Shown piece after piece: positions 37,539 to 50,622 of a DNA stretch of 64,000 nucleotides (the first letter of the stretch is position 1; every line of letters begins with the position of its first letter). The notes under the pieces were generated by a model. That model was not told the origin of the DNA and did not search any database. It was given only the letters and a program-made list of their open reading frames with translations. The DNA comes from Patellaria atrata CBS 101060 (taxonomy: Eukaryota). The stretch is taken from the NCBI GenBank assembly GCA_010093705.1, contig MU006107.1, positions 232,031-296,030 of the forward strand, given 5' to 3'. Position numbers and translations under genes: made by a program.

Positions 37539-38220
37539 TGTTTCCCGAATATCTATCGGTTGTGATTTGTTTGGATCGTGGGGTGGTAGGGAGATGGAAG
37601 TTGATGGTCCGAACGCGGTTGGTGAGACGCGATTGCCTTGGTGACGTTGCTTGTCCTTCACCTCAGCTCCACTTCCCTCTGCGCATACTCACTTCATGAC
37701 CGTTTCTTCAGACACATTCCCATCTGTGAATAGGTATGGGTAAATGCTTGTCACTTAAGGTTATCCGTTCTCTGTTCTATACGATAATTATAGACCCGTA
37801 GGGGTGATTACATTGTCAATGTGTGCCATTATATATTACAAGGTAAAACAGCAGCTCGTATGCAATTCGGCTTTACTGTATACAGATGGTAATCGCACTG
37901 GATTGCTTCAATGCCTATGGATTATCTCTTAGTCACTAAGTGGACAGACTGAGAACAGTATCAACCCCGCTTTAACAGGACCAGTTTATACCCGGGAGGA
38001 ATTATGTCCCCATTATAGTAGTATTTCAAATTGACACTCTACATCTCTCTTTTGTTTATTCTTCTATATTATATCATTGATCCTTCTGCATTAATTACCT
38101 TACCTTCCATATATTCTAGTCTAATATCCATTTCTATCAGTCTTAAATAACGCATTCTCATCCATTAAGTACCATTTCATGGTGTTTTAATTCTTTGCCA
38201 TTACGTCAGTATCCTCCACT

Positions 38221-39687
38221 ATGAAGAAAGAATCGCTTATCCCTCCAACGTCTCTAGACGGTGATGGCATCACCGTGGTTGGGGCCGAAGCGGGAACAGC
38301 ACACCACGAGCATGATGAGATACCAGAAGGGGGCTACGGTTGGGTTTGCGTCGGCTGTGTATTCACAATTAATGGCTTCACTTGGGGCGTTGCTGCCGTA
38401 CGTACGATATATATACTCGTATACACGGAGACTGACAGCCGTAGTCGTATGGAGTATTCCTGAATTACTATTTACATAATGAGACATTTCATGAAGCCAC
38501 GCCGCTAGATTGGGCCTTCGTAGGCGGATTGGGCTTTGGAGTACCAGTTCTTATTGCATCACCCATCACCATCATAACCCGTCGGTTGGGTGTCCATATA
38601 CCGATGTCCCTGGGATGTGTTTTCCAGTTGGCTGGGTTCGTAGCAGCTTCGTTCGCCAGACGTATATGGCAGTTATACCTCACCCAGGGCGTCCTTGTCG
38701 GCCTAGGAATCGGCTTCACCTGGATCCCAAGCATGCCAATCGTCTCCCAGTGGTTCCACAAACGCAGGAGCCTAGCCAACGGCATCTGTAGCGCCGGATC
38801 TGGGATCGGGGGTGTGATCTTCTCGTTTGGAACAGAGCCGATGATCAGAAATATCTCCTTCGCCTGGGCATTGAGGATTATCGGGATAGTCAGCGCAACC
38901 GGTAACATCATAGCCACCGTCCTTATCCGCAGCCGCAACGAAGCCATCCAACCCCGCATGCGAGGTTTTGATCTCAGACTTCTTCGGCGTCCAACGGTAC
39001 TTCTATTGCTCTCTTGGGGCTTCTTCAGTATCCTCGGATACATGGTGTGTCTGTACTCTCTCTCCGCCTTCGGGCGCTCCATCGGTCTCTCCGATTCTCA
39101 AGCTGCCAATCTAACCGGTTTCTTGAACCTTGGAACTGCGATTGGTCGTCCATGCATAGGTGTCGCTAGTGATCGATTTGGCCGAATCAGAGTCGCTGGA
39201 ATCGTAACCTTTATCTGCGCTCTGACTATCTTTGCCATCTGGCTCCCGGCCAACTCATACGGCGTTACGATTCTCTACGCACTCCTGAACGGAGCGATTG
39301 TTGGTGTGTTTTGGATGGTGAGCTCTCACCCCAAACTTATAATATGTACAGTACAGTATCCTGCTAACAACCCGATCACAGACCGTCAGTCCCCTATCAG
39401 TAGAAATTGCGGGTCTGAAGGAGTTACAGTCCGTACTAGCGCTAATGTGGGCCTTCATCATTCTCCCAGCGACTTGTAAGCCCAATCCCAACATTCCCGA
39501 ATGAGGCACATTCATAATTTCCCTTCCAGTCTCGGAGGTAATAGCACTCAAGCTACGCAGACCCAATCTCGACAAGGAGTACCTATACCCCCAAATATTC
39601 TCCGGGACCGCATATCTCGTTGCCACGGCGGCGATATCCGCGCTCTACGTTCTTCATAACCGCAAGCAAGGTTTGACACATCCCTGA
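38221..39687 (+). CDS. MFS transporter, monocarboxylate porter (Mch-like) family; exons 38221-38397, 38445-39317, 39382-39475, 39530-39687
   Basis: PEGGYGWVCV, SQWFHKRRSLANGICSAGSGIGG, ASDRFGR; multiple transmembrane segments; three introns restore frame. Confidence 0.9.
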
Positions 39688-40526
39688 ACGGTTGAAGCGT
39701 GGATCCTTGGCTTCGATCCAAGGCCCTAGGAGATGGAGGAGTCCGTGTATACGGCACTTAGGGGTACCGGTGAGTAATACGGTTACAGGGTCTTAGCTCA
39801 TCGTGGCATCGCAGAAATGACTGGCCGGATGGAGTCCGTACGGCTTCCGAAAAGCTTTCCAGACGGGTTACAGAGCGTGTATGGTCGAGTGGGAGATGGC
39901 TTTGGGGCGTGCTTGAAGCCGGGGAATGCTGTGTCGAGAAACGGGTTCTGGAGCGATGGGTATGGCTGCGTGAGGCTGTGTCGGTGTAAGTGGAATTTTG
40001 TGCTTGAAGGAGTCCGGGAGTGTGGCGAGAGGGAGAGGGGGAAATAGGAGACGGAGGAAGGAGATGAGATGAGAGATGAGGGATAGGACACTGCGGGTAG
40101 GAGAAACTGGAAATGGTGTCTTAGCACTTATAACTTTCAAGATCGATCTCTTCTCAGTCGCTGTAGCAAAACATCACTCACACTAAATATGATCAAGATG
40201 AAATTCCACATTCTATTCATTTTAGTACATCGACGTACGGGATCTCGCTTCAGTTTCATATTCCCCCGCTCGAAGCGTCAATATATTCTCGTCCAGGGGA
40301 AGAAAGATGAAGAGGAAAAGAAGAAAACAACTCCATGCAATGACCTTGAACCACGGTCCCTAAACCAGAAATACTCCCCCATTTGAGGAAACAAAAGAAA
40401 AAATCCCATACAGCCTGTGGGATATTATGGGCCATCTAGCATAGTCACATCGTCCTCGTATAATGTCTCAAGTTACAGTGAGACACGAGCGACCGCCCAA
40501 CAAACTTCCCCGCATAAAGGTAACAT

Positions 40527-41761
<1,235 letters not shown>

Positions 41762-41851
41762 TTTGGTTTAGAGAATCGTCGTAGGTTCTTGGGACTTTGG
41801 GAATCGAGTTAGTCGATATCAGGGAGATTTCAAGTTTACGAATAATCTTGG

Positions 41852-41864
<13 letters not shown>

Positions 41865-41888
<24 letters not shown>
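41865..41888 (+). repeat. (GA)12 microsatellite in the MAPK 5' leader
   Basis: Read directly from the sequence. Confidence 0.95.
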
Positions 41889-41889
<1 letters not shown>

Positions 41890-44800
41890 TTAGAAAGAAA
41901 AGGGAATTGAGAAAATATAGACTCGGTAGGGAATAAAAGTACTGCGAATAGGCTATTGAGTGCCAGGTGACTATTGTTCAACGAACGTATTGATGCAACG
42001 TGAGAACAATAGAGCTTAGGGGGTGGCTGGGCGTTATTCTTGACTCATCAGGTGAAGGCAGGAATGGAAAGCCAGCAACCCGGGCGCAACGCATGGCCCG
42101 CCCTTTGAGAGACGTGATACCAAAACCGCTTCATAAACCATTCTTAACCACTCTAGATGGCAATTTTACTGATAAAATGAACAACTCAAATTCAGTGACT
42201 CAAATATCCGAGGTGAACGAACAGCTTCGTCCAACGCATCGCTTATGTCTTAAACGAACTGGAAGAGGAACGGAAGGAACCAAGAAGAATGAAGCTCACA
42301 ATGTAACGTACCGATATCCGTGACCGCTATTTCCAGCGTCGTTATGAAGATTGTAGTACCAATAGATCAGGTCGGTCTCGATATCGAATCAGTCGAATAT
42401 CCTCGTCGAATCTCTTCCTTTTTCAGTCTTCGAGCTGTATTGGTATACAATTGATCTAGTCGATGCTGGTGTACTTCCCGGTAGCGATTGCGCTGATCGT
42501 TGAACTGGACTCTTTCCCAAGGGCGCAAAACGACTCGATAGATGTCCTATAAAGGAAAGTTGCACGTCTGGAGGTGAAGGATTGTGCTCCTGATGCGAGA
42601 TGTGGTGAAAGGAACTGCTTCAACTTGATCGCGGGGTAACCGACGCGATTTCAACGACAATGAAGGAAACTGTGATTGTGTTGGTGACGCTGCGGAGAAA
42701 GCACAACAGGTTACGGGGGGAAGAGAGACTTTACCTCTTCGCGACAGTAAGATGATATCTAATAAAACTCGCGGCAGCCAGGTGATCAGGAGAATAATGG
42801 AAGGTTGTTATCGACTGTATGTGGGTAAGGGGCGCCCGGCTACGCGGGGTTCTGAAGATGCGAGAATGGCTGAAAACGGACAGCTACTGTGGAAGTAGTT
42901 TTTGTTCAACAACAAGCTCCTCAACCAACAACGACGACGATTTTGCTGAGGATGATACGGCGTCTCTGCTGTATCGGGTATGAAAGGAGCGGAGTGAAAA
43001 GGTTGAGGAAATTTGGTTGACCGTGGGATGGGCTTTCTTTGAAAGCTTTCATGAGCTTCTTGAGGCGGGGAGTTGACTCCTCAAACCCCTGTGGTGCGGA
43101 AAAAGCTCTTAAGGTCTAGCCGCCAGGGTCAGTCGTCCGCTGAGTCTCCTTACAGTTGTGATTGGTGTGACTGAGATATGTCTCACACATTGAACTGCAA
43201 CGGAGGCACAGCATGGGCCCGAATATTCATCGCTTCAAGCGATAGTGCGCTTCAATGGGGAGAGTTTGTTGGACCGATCGAGCATAGAACTTACATTAGA
43301 CGTACTCGTCAGATATCAGACAAGCCGAACAAGCGAGTTGCGCACAGTTAGAACTGGAAACTACCCATCCTCGCCATCTTGTCTTCTTGTCTCATCCGAC
43401 ATTATGCATTTTAAGAGACGTGTTCCATGGTTTCCAAACAACACTCGACTTCCTCGGCGATATTCTAGAAACTACTCTAAACGAATGCGATGATATGGAA
43501 CGATTCAAAACTACAAGTATAATGGCTCTGATGAAAAGATAGAACTACATCCAGCGCCAAGATTAATAGAACTAGGTACTGTAGGGCACCTTCTGAAACG
43601 AAAGATTCAGGAACCGCCGAACCAGCATTGCTGCAGGTCCAACGTTTGACATCTGTCCCATATGTCCCAGTTATATATAGACGGCCCCTATTCCGGCCGG
43701 TCGACTTGTAACGCCCTCTCAACTACCTATGACGCTGGCCCCTCTGTTGGGGCCACTTGCTTGGACGAACACAAGTTGCATTGCCTGCCCAGATCGGATC
43801 TTAAGTCACCGTGATATCAAGGAGTCACGAGCATTCCCATCATATTTCTCCCTGCAGTGCCCAAACCGGAAATTAATCACTCAATGACGCCTTCCTCAAT
43901 GGTCTCGGGATGGTCAAACACATCAACGGAGCATTTATGATTCGAATCTGATGTAAAGGGCCTGATGGTCAATATCTACTTAAGAAACTACAAGACCTTG
44001 AAATCATCATGACCTCTCGCATATTGAAACAAGAACCGCTATTTTGGAGGATGAGTTTCGATATCTGGGAACATGAAGTTCGATGCCATTTCTCCAATAG
44101 CTGAGCCAACTATATCAGCTGAATATATCTCGAGCAGTTGTGTTACTTGTATAAGGGGCAGTACGATATTCAGTTAACCGGAAATATACCATCGAGTATC
44201 ACCAATAATCTCAACAGTTTCATAGTGACCCAAAGTCCGTTCGTTTTCTTCATCTGCTTTTTCAAATCCTCCGATGGTTCTTTTGCTAGTTTATTCCCAA
44301 GTTTCCTCCCGGGATCGGAAACAAAGTAAAGCGCATTATATCCCCAAAGCTTCATTCATCACCTAACGAGCAGTTGATTATCCCTTTACTTTATGTAATT
44401 CTTTTTACGAATCTTATATGCCATCCAAATGTTCATGTTTCCTTTAGCTAGGATTGTTCCTTTGTTTACTATTTGACATCGACTGGAAGTATTACCCCAT
44501 ACCCCTTCGAAAGTGCCCACAGATAGAGCACGATAATAAATAGAGGGAGAGAAAATGTCCCAAAAAAAAAAAGCCTTCTATTCATTCTTTAAGGGCCAAA
44601 CCCCTTCCGGTTACAAGATTCGTTTTCGTCGATGCTCACTGCTACTAAATTTTCAATGTTAGAGCCTTTGTTTCTTGAAGGGTTAAAGAGGATGTATACT
44701 ATTGAATTTTTGATTCCGCTCTCCTTAACACCAAACTGTGGTATGTAACCAAGCCCTACAATTGATCTTCACTTCTCACTTAAGTCGACAACTGTCAGCC

Positions 44801-44909
44801 TCCGAATCCACGATATAAATGGCCAGATATAAAAATAGTTCTCTCCGAAAGCGCACCAAAAAGTAAAAATTAAGTAGCAACCCACAAAAGACTTATTTAT
44901 TTAAGATAT

Positions 44910-45083
44910 AAAAAAAAAAAAAAGCAAAACAGTTCCCACGCCCTCCGAAGAGGGCGTGGTACATCTGCTGCCCCCCGATGGGGGCCCGAGAACTAGGGGG
45001 AAATTTCCCCCTCCGGGAATCGACCCCGGGGATGTAGTGGTGTGACTGACCTAGGCGCCAGTGTCCACTCGGCTATTGCCCCC
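44910..45083 (-). ncRNA. tRNA-derived Pol III-type element (SINE-like or small structured RNA), not an intact tRNA
   Basis: A box TAGCCGAGTGG (45075-45065), B box GGGTCGATTCC (45026-45016), three GC-rich hairpins including a 10-bp stem with cUUCGg, then a long T-run; no acceptor-stem pairing. Confidence 0.6.
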
Positions 45084-46402
45084 GGGTTATGGAAAACATA
45101 TACGGGAAGACTGTTCTTAAACCATGCGGTAAGATTTTGGTCACGGGACCTGGGCCGTTTAGAGATTTTGCATTCAGAATCTACCCAGTATGCTACCTTA
45201 CTATCATCGTGTTCTATGAGAGATGATACCAAGAATAGGTTTTTTAATCTACCCACGGGTCTCCATGTTGACTTCCTGGATTATTTCCAATTCGATCTCG
45301 GTTGGCATCCCCCGAATATTGTACACTTACGAAACAACAAATTACGGCTCGATACTTCCGCAGTCTACCTGGTCTTTATCATATGTACAGTACGGTTAGA
45401 TCATACACACCGATAGATATTATCCGTCTTGCAGAGGGGTCTGCAGAGGTGACCTGGAGAGTGAACGCACATTAGGAATGAACAGCACGATTAGGGAAGC
45501 ACAATACGGCGAAGTCTTGATATTTAGAACTTAATGGGTGTAGAGAATTTCCACCGGGACTGTACAGCGGTATAGGAGCATCAAAGGTTCATGGAAACGA
45601 CATATCAGCATAAGTTCTCTACGCCAATGATTTCTCACAGAATCCTCCGCTAGAGTCGACCTCTAGTGATTTCCTTTTCATGGGATGGTTTTCTAGATGA
45701 CAGATTGGGTATGTCCCTACAACAGATCACCAAAGGAATCAACCTTCGAGTTGATTCTGTTTCTATTTCACATGACCCCCTTCCCGGCCAACTGAGAAAT
45801 CAGCAGTGCAGTTCGGGGTTCTCATGAAGGAATCAATTGCCGTTCATATTCAGTCGGTGAGAGAAAGGATTGCGGATTCACCTCGAGCATAGATTTTACA
45901 CTATAAACGTGCATATGGTTGTTGCACGGCGGATGTTCAACCCAGTCATTCATAAGCTGTGAGCGTAATATGTCTCTCAATTTGACCCAATTGACTTAGA
46001 GATTCTGAACAATTGTACATATATCTCTCTATAAGAAAATATCATATCCACAATATGCTGCGCAGGTAGATGAATTGGGTGTGCAACAACTCCAACCACA
46101 GCCAGCCAGAAAACTGTAAAGGTCAACACTTCGCCAATAGCATTGCTAACAGGAGAGACAACTGCATTGGTGGCCCGAGTAATCGGCGACCTAATCGGGG
46201 ATCTGGAACTTCACCTCGGCGAGCTATCATTCTAACTGATTCAGAAAGTATATCTAGAGCCTTTCTTCGACTTGGAGAACTATAAGTTCCAAACCTCTCG
46301 ACAACAACTCAATTCAACTCAACTTCAGACCTACCAGACTAAACCAAAACCAAAACAAATTACCTAAAGCACATATACCTTGCCACAGCCAAGCTCCTCA
46401 CA

Positions 46403-46696
46403 ATGTGTAAGCAATCGACCTGCCAAACATGCAGTAAGTCCCGTCAATCCCCGTCCCTTACCTCTCCCCAATACCCCGCATCCTCAACATTACCCCACCA
46501 TCATCACCCCGCACCACCAAATCCTCACTCAAAAATCCTCACCCCTAACATCAACACAGACAAAGCGACCTGGTGGGGCTGCGGCAACCACGTCCCTTCG
46601 GTCATGGACCGCATCCCGGAAGCGGACCGATGCGTCTGCTCGCCCAAGATCGAGCGCGAGGGCAAGGCGTACCCGCCCAAAGCCGAGTTCTCGTGA
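46403..46696 (+). CDS. Small Cys/His-rich putative metal-binding protein (55 aa); exons 46403-46433, 46560-46696
   Basis: Spliced product MCKQSTCQTCNKATWWGCGNHVPSVMDRIPEADRCVCSPKIEREGKAYPPKAEFS; TATAAG at ~46281; CACAATG start context; GTAAGT...CTAAC...CAG intron. Confidence 0.85.
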   Translation: MCKQSTCQTCSKSRQSPSLTSPQYPASSTLPHHHHPAPPNPHSKILTPNINTDKATWWGCGNHVPSVMDRIPEADRCVCSPKIEREGKAYPPKAEFS

Positions 46697-47530
46697 CTAG
46701 ACCTCGTTCGCTTCTGGTAGTACAATCGGGCCGAATCGAACACTCTCAATCCCGCACCATACCGTTCGTTGACAACTTGTGGATGTGAGCGGCGAGCACG
46801 TGTGGGCGTTGTGCGGTTTGATTCGGTGCGGATCCGCTGGTGAGGGGCGGTGCCAGAGGCGAAGGGGATCGGTGATTCTCTGGGATGGGTGGGCTTGTTA
46901 ATGTATCTGTTCTTTGTGGGTGATTAGCGGGCGGACATGGAGTTACAAAAGACGAGGCGGGGGTGGGTTGCTGTGCGGTAGGTACTGTACAAGGTGGTCG
47001 ATGTACAGTACACGTCCGGTATTACAACTTTCAATTGTGCATCGGGAAGGTCACACCGGAAAAATTAAGAAGGCGGTTTACTGCGGCCCTATGGGGATGT
47101 TTGTTCTGTTTACCAGGTGGCTGGAATGGTTGATGGGGAGTTGGTGGGTGCATCGGGTTTCGGTCATTTGATCAATTGTAGAAATGCGGTCATGATTGTA
47201 TAAACTTATATTGGGTTTTTATTTCAGGTCTGATTTTGAAGTACGTGGCGTCTGCAAACCCTTGCTTGGATGCTCTTGGACCGACTTACCTTGAATTAAA
47301 GTGAGATATTTATAAAATTTGATGTGAACAACATGTTGTCGTCTTTGCCCTTAACAACTAAGGTATCCATGCGGAAATGTATTATAAATCAGGGAAACCT
47401 CAAGTTCAGAGCGTAGACTTCTTAGGGAGGTTACTGTATTTACATTAGGAGATCTTCGTTGTCCAATATCTATGTATATGTATGTAGCCCTAGCTAGGGG
47501 AACATAAACAAGCATACAGAGAAAGTGACC

Positions 47531-49622
47531 TCAGTCGAAGGTGATCTTAGTCGCCTTCTGCTGTCCATCACTCTCCTTGTAAAAGGCGCCGTAAGCATCA
47601 TGCTGCTTCTTCTTCACCGTGGTCCCGAATTTGAGTAGCTCATCCGGTACTGGTTGGTTCGCCGCTTTAAGTACATTTATCAATCTAATCATTTTAGCTG
47701 CGTGAATAAGGATATGTGTTCTACAGAGATACTTACGCTCCGGAGTGCTGCTTTTCATGCTCAGTGAATAAGGTAATTGCTATACCTTCTTTCCCTGCTC
47801 GACCGGTCCTGAAACATTTTAGTAACTACGAGGAATCACGTCGAGATAATACTGACCTGCCGATCCTGTGTACATAATCCTCAACAGTAAGGGGGAATGT
47901 GACATTGATCACAACTTTGACAGATGGGATGTCTAATCCACGAGCGGCAACATCCGTGGCCACTAGAATAGGTGTCTCTCCGGACTTGAAAGCTTCCAAA
48001 CTTGCACTACGCTGCACCTGACTTAAGTCACCATGGATACCTGCAACACGGAAGCGTCTGGACTGGATGAAGTTCTCGATACGTGTTGCTTCCTTCTTGT
48101 AAAGACAAAAGACTAATATCCGATCGTTCTTATTCTTGCCACTTTGATGTTCTTTCAATAATTCTAGGAGACGATTTTGCTTGTCGTACGGTTGCATAAC
48201 CTCAACTATTTGCTTTATGCGGTTATTGGCTCGCAACTCCCCTGTGGGATTATCACCGATATTGATTTTGACTGGAGAAGTCATAAATGTCGAAGCTAGT
48301 TGACGGACCGATTCTGGCCAGGTTGCGGTGAACATAAGTGTTTGCCGGCGATCGGCTGGAGTAGTCGAGCTAATAATCTTACGAATGTCGTCTTCGAAAC
48401 CCTTATCGAGCATACGATCAGCTTCGTCAAGTACTACGTAAGATGCATCGCTCAGTTTTGCAGAACCATCGTTGAGTAAGTCGTTCAAACGTCCGGGTGT
48501 TGCGACAACGATACTAGCTTTCCTCAAAGCTATTCGTTGGTCATCTTTGGAGACTCCACCGTACACGCACACAACATGTAAGCCTGCTGGTGTGGCAAGT
48601 TTGACCAATTGTTCATGGATCTGAACCGCAAGCTCACGAGTGGGAGAGACAATGACCGCCTTCACTCCTTTGCGCCGTTTCTTCTCAGGAAGAGACATGA
48701 TACAGCGTATGCAAGGCACACCAAATGCAAGCGTCTTTCCTGACCCAGTTTCTGCAACTCCTATCACATCTCTTCCAGCGAGTAAGGAAGGCCATGCTGC
48801 AGCTTGTATAGGAGTAGGAGAGGTAAAGGACGCGAAAGGAGCCTGTTGAGCCTCGTCTTCTATAGGCAAATAGGAGAATTGTGTTATAGGACGATATGTA
48901 TGCTTCGCATTGAGAGGATCTTCAATAGTGATAAAGTTAGTCTGGAAAAAGTTGTCTATTTGAGATTGGGGAAGAGCGCTCAGCTCTGGGTGTTCGACGT
49001 AGGAAAGGCTTGTGGGAGCAAGGGATGTTTGATCAACACTTGTGATATTACTAGTAATTGTATTTCTTGGAGTGGTCGTTCCGTTCAATATCGATTCTGG
49101 TAGATCAACTACGATATTTCCATTGTTTTGGACATCAGTGGACTCTGCCTTCGCTAATGACTTGAGTTTCGCTTTTTCTGCTTTTCGGGCAGCCTTTACG
49201 GCTTTAGCATCCCGAGCATCAACTCCATTGGCAACCTCTCTTTCCACTTTCTTTTCTGCAGTGGTGGTAGCTTTGGTAATAGCTTTAGCTTCTTTCCTAG
49301 CCCTCCGTTCTGCTTTTCTTAACTTTTTTGCGGGCTTATCTTCGGCGATGTATTCGTCTGACGGAGACGGTGATAAACTCGTGGTTGTAGACAGAGGTTC
49401 TGAATCCTTCAATTTATTCAATCTTCCTTTGAGTTTTTCCACGACATTGTTCTCCGTGGGGTTTGCGACGGTAGGAGTGGTGCTTGAGGTAGGTTGCTCG
49501 CTGCTTTTGCTCTTCTTTTTTTCAAATTTGTCTTTCCGACTCTTCTTATGAATTGGAGTGGATTCTTTGACACCAGAATCGTGGTCTGCCCCATGGGCTT
49601 GATCCAAAGTTCTTTTGCTCAT
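47531..49622 (-). CDS. DBP3: DEAD-box RNA helicase Dbp3 (60S biogenesis); exons 49622-47857, 47808-47737, 47684-47531
   Basis: Lys-rich N-terminus, [57 protein letters not shown]-terminal [21 protein letters not shown]...ITFD. Confidence 0.94.
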
Positions 49623-49673
49623 TTTGAGCCTTAAATAAATGGATCGATGTGAAAGCTGCACCTCGAGAACACA

Positions 49674-49682
49674 GAAAAATTT
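49674..49682. promoter_or_regulatory. RRPE-like element upstream of DBP3
   Basis: GAAAAATTT about 55 bp upstream of the ATG; a similar AAATTTTT lies at 63836-63843 upstream of LCP5; both are ribosome-biogenesis genes. Confidence 0.35.
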
Positions 49683-49969
49683 CCTACCGTACATAATTTT
49701 TGTGTCTTGGCACAGCTTTCCCGCTCCGCATCCTTGAAGTGGCTGGTGCTGGCGCGATCCCTTGTCTATATCAGCCACTCCCGCTTCCTGTCCTGGACTG
49801 TCCTTTCCCTTCTTAGGTACCTTAGGTTGACTTGTATCATGTCTCATCTAACGTCACATCAAATTTCATTAACGACTTCACTCTTAAGAGACAGTAGCAC
49901 GCATTCTACCTGACGGACTGAATTATATTACATGTCAATAATAGCTAATGGCCATCTGATTTCCTAAGT

Positions 49970-50622
49970 TCATACCTTAGGCAACTGTGTTTGATCACTT
50001 TCACCACCCGCTCCATTGGTACTTGTATTTCGTTCGGCAGGTTCTAATTCCGTAACCTCTTTATCCATGCTAACCAGTGGAAGTCCTTGAGAGATGGGGT
50101 CCATGTCGCTGGGAACACTCGTTGCGACGTTGTTGTAAGGACCTAATCCCTCACTCTCCTCTTCCCGCAACCTTTTTCCAGCCTCAGAGGCCGTTTTGGT
50201 GATAACTTCATTGAAAGACGTTCCCACCTCGACTACTTTGTCGATCACCGTTGAGACGAGCTCTTCAGCTGAGCTAACTATGTCTTCCCCGATACTTTTC
50301 ACGCCGTTAATCGGTCCATCCCCGTTCCTTTCTGACGCTGCAGAGTTGAAACCTGGGCCATCTTGATTCTGCTCACCATCAACCCCGCTCGTAGCTCTAG
50401 CACTTGGTGCTGCTGTACCAACCAAAGGTGGGGTTGTGGTTGATACTTGTTGCTTTCGTTCGAGTGGATCATCGCCTTGAGCGCTGTATTCCCGTTTCTA
50501 TAGACGACGTCAGTATACCTAGGACGTTCTCAACAGCTCGAACATACACTATCATCTTTTTCGTTCGATGATAATCCAACCGCTGCTAAAAGCTTCTCCG
50601 TAATTCCTTCTGCAGTCGGCAT
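49970..50622 (-). CDS. Hypothetical acidic protein; exons 50622-50548, 50497-49970 (possible extra 3' micro-exon to 49906)
   Basis: MPTAEGITEKLLAAVGL exon joins the 151-aa ORF in frame via a GTATGT...CTGAC...TAG intron; no family recognised. Confidence 0.6.

Noticed and set aside
45001..45083. Functional tRNA gene
   Set aside because: A and B boxes are present, but the acceptor stem does not pair and there is no canonical anticodon arm.
49623..49847. 75-aa N-terminal extension of Dbp3 in the ORF track
   Set aside because: Overlaps promoter-like DNA with an RRPE-like motif; the ATG at 49622 has a strong CAAAATG context.
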